Position numbers and translations under genes: made by a program. Below are positions 35,886 to 40,711 of a stretch of 40,711 nt of DNA, one piece after another (positions within the stretch are counted from its first letter, which is position 1; each line of letters opens with the position of its first letter). Under the pieces are notes generated by a model. It saw only the letters and a program-made list of their open reading frames with translations. It did no database searches and had not been told where the DNA came from. The stretch is from Octopus sinensis. Taxonomy: Eukaryota. Where the stretch lies: contig NW_021835421.1 of assembly GCF_006345805.1 (NCBI RefSeq), positions 1-40,711 of the forward strand. Direction: 5' to 3'.

Positions 35886-37750
35886 GTTTGGGCGCAATAC
35901 TCCTTTCAAAAAGTATTAGCATAAACTGTGGCATTTTCCAAGGTGACTCACTTTCACCACTAATTTTCTGCATAGCACTAATACCACTCTCAAGTGAACT
36001 GAATGGAACAGGATATGGCTACAAAATTGACAACAGGAAAATAAGCCATCTATTTTATATGGATGATTTAAAACTATACGGCAAAGATGATGAAGAGCTT
36101 GGGAAAGGATTCAGTGATGATATCGGGATGGAGTTTGGCCTTGAAAAGTGTGCCAAAGCCACTTTTAAGAAAGGGAAATTGGTAAAGTCTACTTCAATCG
36201 AATTAGATGTCGAAACAGTAATAAAGGAACTTGAGCAGGAACAAACCTATAAATACCTAGGAATAAACGAAGGCTCTGGTATCCAGCATGCAAGCATGAA
36301 AGAGAAGGGTAGTAAGGAATGTTATAGAAGAGTTCAAGCAGTCCTGAAGTCTGTGCTGAATAAATATAATAAGGTGTTAGCCATAAATTCCTTAGCAGTC
36401 CCAGTTGTTATTTATAGCTCAAATGTGCTTAACTGGAATACCAGTGAAATTGTGAAAATTGACAGAAAAATCCGCAAGCTACTGACTTGTAATAAGATGC
36501 ACCATCCAAAAGCAGACGTGCTTCGTCTTTACTTTCCCAGAGCTCAGGGAGGTCGAGGCTTGATCCAGCTTGAACTTACATACAAAATCACCACAATCGG
36601 ACTGGCCAAATACCTTGAAGCAACCAACGATTGGATGCTAAAACTTGTTGAAAAACATGAAAGACCTAAAAAACTTCGCTCTATTCTCAAAAGAGAACAA
36701 ATAATTCGTTACTGATCTCTTAGATACCTACCAGATTGATTAGGGTGAAAGAAATGCACCAACTTATGCTGCAAAGAACATAAAATTAATTGCAAAGACA
36801 AAAGCACATGAAAATTTAGCTAGCAGATGGGAACAGAAACCTCTCCATGGCAAGTATGCGGCTCGTAGCAAACAAGCTGATGTCGACCAGAAACACACGC
36901 ACCAATGGTTACGAAGCTCAGGGCTAAAAGCAGAGAGTGAAGGTTTCATATTAGCTGCTCAAGACCAAAGCTTTTTAACCCAGAACTACCAAGCCAATGT
37001 GATAAAAAATAGAGCTGACCCAAAATGCCGATCTGTAACAATGAGATTGAAACAATAGACCACCTAATCTCAGGTGTAGAATCTTAACACCTGTAGAATA
37101 TAAAGCAAGACATGACAGAGTCGGCCAGTATTTAGATTGGACAATATGTCGGTATTATAAAATCAAAACAAATGGTATAAACACCATCCTGAAGCTGTGA
37201 CTGAGGGAGAAAATGTGTCGATTCTATGGGACTTCCCCGTACATACAGACAAGACTATAAAAGATAATAAACCGGATATTATTATAAAAGATCAGACAAA
37301 AAAGATGTGTTTATTAATTGACATGAGTATCCCTTGCGATCACAATATAGCGGCGAAAGAATTTGACAAGATTAGTAAATATAAAGACCTGCTAATAGAA
37401 ATTGAAAAAATGTGGCATCTCAAGGCGACTACAGTACTAGTGATTGTAGGATCTCTAGGAATGATAAAAAAAGGTACTGAAACATATTTGAAAATGATTT
37501 CAGGCTTACCATCCCTACGGGAAGTACAAAAGATCGTATTAACTGGAACGGCTTATGTACTAAGAAGAGCACTCTCGCTGTGAAAATAACATCCATCCAT
37601 GAATTTATTTATTTATTAATTTTTAAATACATATTTTATCTGTGAATTTGCGTGTGTAATCTGGGAATGCATACAATGAGCTTCTCTGCCCTAGGTGTAT
37701 GGTAAACACTCGGCGAGAAAGGAAAGAAAATTTGAAGAAAGAAGGAAAAA
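35886..37750 (+). mobile_element. R4/Dong-like non-LTR retrotransposon, 5'-truncated (RT plus restriction-like endonuclease)
   Basis: GIFQGDSLSP, YMDD, GGRGL; a decayed CCHC knuckle (PKCR...DHLISG); ORF 37197-37583 with KPDI...LIDMSIP...KISKY (PD-(D/E)xK RLE). Frameshifted. Confidence 0.9.
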
Positions 37751-37774
37751 AATAATAATCGTTATTATTATTTC

Positions 37775-37982
37775 TACTCTAGGTACAACGCCTTGAAAAT
37801 TTTTGGAAAATGGGGGCTGATCGATTATATGGACACCAGTGCATAACTCGTACTTATTTCACCGACATCGAAGAGATGAAAGACAAAGTAGACCTTGGTG
37901 GAATTTGAACTCTGAACGTTGCAGCAGACGAAGCACCGCTAAGTACCTCCCGGTGTGCTAACGACTCTACCAGCTCGCCGCT
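37775..37982 (-). mobile_element. SINE family C
   Basis: gacaaagtagaccttggtggaatttgaactctgaacg...ccagctcgccgc. Confidence 0.85.
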
Positions 37983-38000
37983 TTAATAATAATGATAAAG

Positions 38001-38050
<50 letters not shown>

Positions 38051-38051
38051 C

Positions 38052-38090
<39 letters not shown>
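37983..38090. repeat. (AAT)n microsatellite
   Basis: Near-pure array. Confidence 0.97.
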
Positions 38091-38782
38091 TATTCACTGG
38101 GTAATTTGCAAAAACTGGATTTGCCCCATGAAAAAAACTGGTGGGAACACAATCCACCTCCAGTGCTTGAAAATGACCACATCTCACTCCTCTGGAACTT
38201 CACCCTTCAAACTGACAGAAAGATAGATGCAAATAGGCCAGACGTCATATTGAAAGACTTCAGACAAAGAACTGCCTCCTCATTGATATGACTGTCCCAA
38301 TCGATATAAACGTATCTGTCAAGACCTACCAAAAACTGAGCAAATATAAAGATCTTGAAATAGAAATCAGCAAAATGTGGAAGCTGAAGAATAAAATAGA
38401 ACCTGTTGTCATAGGTGCCCTGAGAATGATAGCGAAAGGGACTGATTGCTACCTAACTCAGATACAAGGAAACCCCAAAATGGCAGAAATTCAAAAGATA
38501 GTGCTCATGGGAACTGCTTATATCCTACGCAAAATACTCTCTATGTAATCCCAAGGTTTAAAACAAACTTTTTTTTTATTCTTATTTTAATTTTTTATTT
38601 TAATTTTATTTATTTATTTATTTATTTTCTTATGTATTAGACATTCACTAGTACAACCCCCCCCCCAAATATTTGGCACACTATGCATAACAACAACGTG
38701 AACTTCCAACCTGTTGTCTCTTGAGGTCTCTGGGTGAGACTTGGAGCCAACTTGTACAGACATAAAGCAAAAGTCAAACATA
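38091..38782 (+). mobile_element. Second R4/Dong-like 3' fragment (RLE plus 3' UTR) inside (TAA)n
   Basis: LLWNFTLQTDRKIDANRPDVILKD and TVPIDINVSVKTYQKLSKYKDLEIEISKMW...QKIVLMGTAYILRKILS; (aat)n on both sides. Confidence 0.9.
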
Positions 38783-38830
38783 GAATAATAATAATAATAA
38801 TAATAATAACAATAACAATAATAATGATAA

Positions 38831-39208
38831 AGCATGTCCCTTAGTGGCTGACGATATGTGCATCTCGGATCAAGAGCAGAAGTAGTGCGGGATCATCATA
38901 GCCGTATGTTGAAAGGAATTCTTGGAGGGTTGGATAATTCACCTCTGGAAACATGGGTAGTTCGTTCAACATCCTTAAACAATTCTTATTCAGGGACATT
39001 TTGAGCGGGATGGGTTACTCGACAAGAAGAAAATTCTAACTGGGCCTCACCTGCGCTGTTTATCTTGATATGAGATCACCATGTCGCGCACATATTGTTG
39101 TGATGCATGTGCCTGGTGTACTCTTATCAGACAAGGAGTCATGATGGTATCCTGGGCTTCGTATATTTTACCCCAGTGTCACTTTGATGGCATGCACTGC
39201 TCTCTCAC

Positions 39209-39209
<1 letters not shown>
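38831..39209 (+). mobile_element. Second copy of the (TAA)n-flanked unclassified repeat
   Basis: Colinear with ~21908-22297. Confidence 0.75.
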
Positions 39210-39256
<47 letters not shown>

Positions 39257-39440
39257 TATATAATAATAATAATATAATGATGATGATAATAATAATAATA
39301 ATAATATAATAATAATAATAATATAATAATAATAATAATAATAATATAATAATGATGGTGATGAGATGGTGGGGTTAATGATGAGGATGATGATGATGAG
39401 GCTGATGATGATGATGATGATGATTGTGATGATGAGGATT
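39210..39440. repeat. (AAT)n/(GAT)n microsatellites
   Basis: Trinucleotide arrays. Confidence 0.95.
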
Positions 39441-39451
39441 AGTATGTACTT

Positions 39452-39835
39452 CATTACCTCCGCCAAGGAAGGATGTTATGTTTTCATCGGCGTTGGTTTG
39501 TCCGTCTGTCCGTCTGTGTGCAGAATAACTGAAAAAGTTGTGAACGGTATTTAATGAAACTTGCAGAAACATTTGGTAATGACACAAGGAACAGATGATA
39601 AAACCTTGGTAATGATCCGGGAATTTGTATGGATTCTTGAAGAATTTTTCATTTGTCATATTTATTTTACATAACGTATTACAATGTTACGTTCTTTGAT
39701 TATCTCCCTTGAAAACACGTTCATCGTTTCCACGTAACGTATGGTTGCGTTGCTGTTTCCAAAGTTTATTTTCGTTTCTGTTAGAAGTTTTACTTGCGTA
39801 TCTATCTTAAAATTAACTGCTTGGCGGAGGTCTGC
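39452..39835 (+). mobile_element. Helentron-associated (DINE-1/HINE-like) non-autonomous element
   Basis: Perfect 12-bp subterminal inverted repeats acctccgccaag (39456-39467) / cttggcggaggt (39820-39831), with a gtcc/gtct microsatellite near the 5' end. Confidence 0.65.
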
Positions 39836-40009
39836 TGAGGATGTCATGACAAGCCTTGACTATTGGGATCGACTCCAAAATTTCAGGCTTTGATCCCGCA
39901 ACCGCCGCTGTGAGACTAATTTGTTGTTGTCATTGATGTATTCTAACTGCTTCAGATGAATCCTATTTTTAAAGGGTTTTTTAAAAATCATATGGCGCTG
40001 TTATTTTTT

Positions 40010-40142
40010 TTTACCCCCACCAAGGAGGTTATGTTTTTGCCGACATTGGTTTGGGAAATTGGGCGATTTTCAGCATGTGTGTATATGGGTGGAAATGAGC
40101 TGCTTGGCGGAGGTCTCCGTTCTCCGAGTGTCTTTCTAGTTC
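40010..40142 (+). mobile_element. Second, shorter HINE-like copy
   Basis: acccccaccaaggaggttatgtttt ... cttggcggaggt (40103-40114), ending in ctagtt. Confidence 0.6.
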
Positions 40143-40299
40143 TTAAATGCAAACGTATAACTATCCTAAAATGTCTCAAATTAAGCACCAAATTTTCTCG
40201 GATTCTGTTGTTACAACTCGGTAGTCGTTATTGTTTAAGTTTGTTACTCTGGTGATTGTCACAGTATTCGTTGATTTTTGGTATCATTGTTGTTGTTGT

Positions 40300-40520
40300 T
40301 GAAATTAATCATCGTCATCCTTGTCGTCACCATCATCATGACGATGATGATGATCATCGTCACCATGATCGCCATTGTGGTCTTCATCATCATTATCATA
40401 ACCATCAGCATTGTCATCTTCACCATCATCAATACCACAACCATCAACCACCACCACAACCATTGTTACGAATGTCACCACCACAGACACACCGTCATGT
40501 CCCTCATCATCATCGTCACC
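40300..40520. repeat. (CAT/CAC)n-rich trinucleotide tract
   Basis: Source of the His-, Asp- and Met-rich ORFs. Confidence 0.9.
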
Positions 40521-40711
40521 ATTATTTTCATTTCGTTTTAAATGTCTCTCCTCTCTCTCATTTTTGCTATTGATTGTTTTTGTGCTTTCCATTCTCCTCA
40601 TTCCACATGTTTGCTCAGCACCGAAATTTCGAAACTGAAATGTCCTTCATCCTTCAAATACGGTGACTTCGGTCAAAATTTATCACCCTCAAACATACCC
40701 CACCCACTGTA

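Overview
AT-rich, microsatellite-dense eukaryotic DNA made almost entirely of decayed mobile elements. The SINE families look like those of an octopus (coleoid cephalopod); this is recognition, not a database result. I cannot support any host protein-coding gene, and most ORF-track entries are simple-repeat artefacts. Recognisable elements: RTE, CR1, L1/Tx1 and R4/Dong non-LTR retrotransposon fragments, several Penelope-like elements (PLEs, three with an inverted 3' duplication), a degenerate Helitron PIF1 helicase, Helentron/DINE-1-like elements, a fold-back MITE family and many tRNA-derived SINEs. The most striking signal is missing from the ORF track: a ~336-nt tandem dimer at 18244-18950 in which each unit carries a minus-strand minimal type I hammerhead ribozyme with a palindromic stem III. 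This is the architecture of a non-LTR retrozyme that could release a 336-nt circular RNA. Further hammerhead motifs sit at PLE 3' ends (7527-7637 has an intact core; 9902-9936 and 26890-26983 are variant or decayed), each with a different stem III palindrome. Coordinates of decayed elements are approximate hand estimates.
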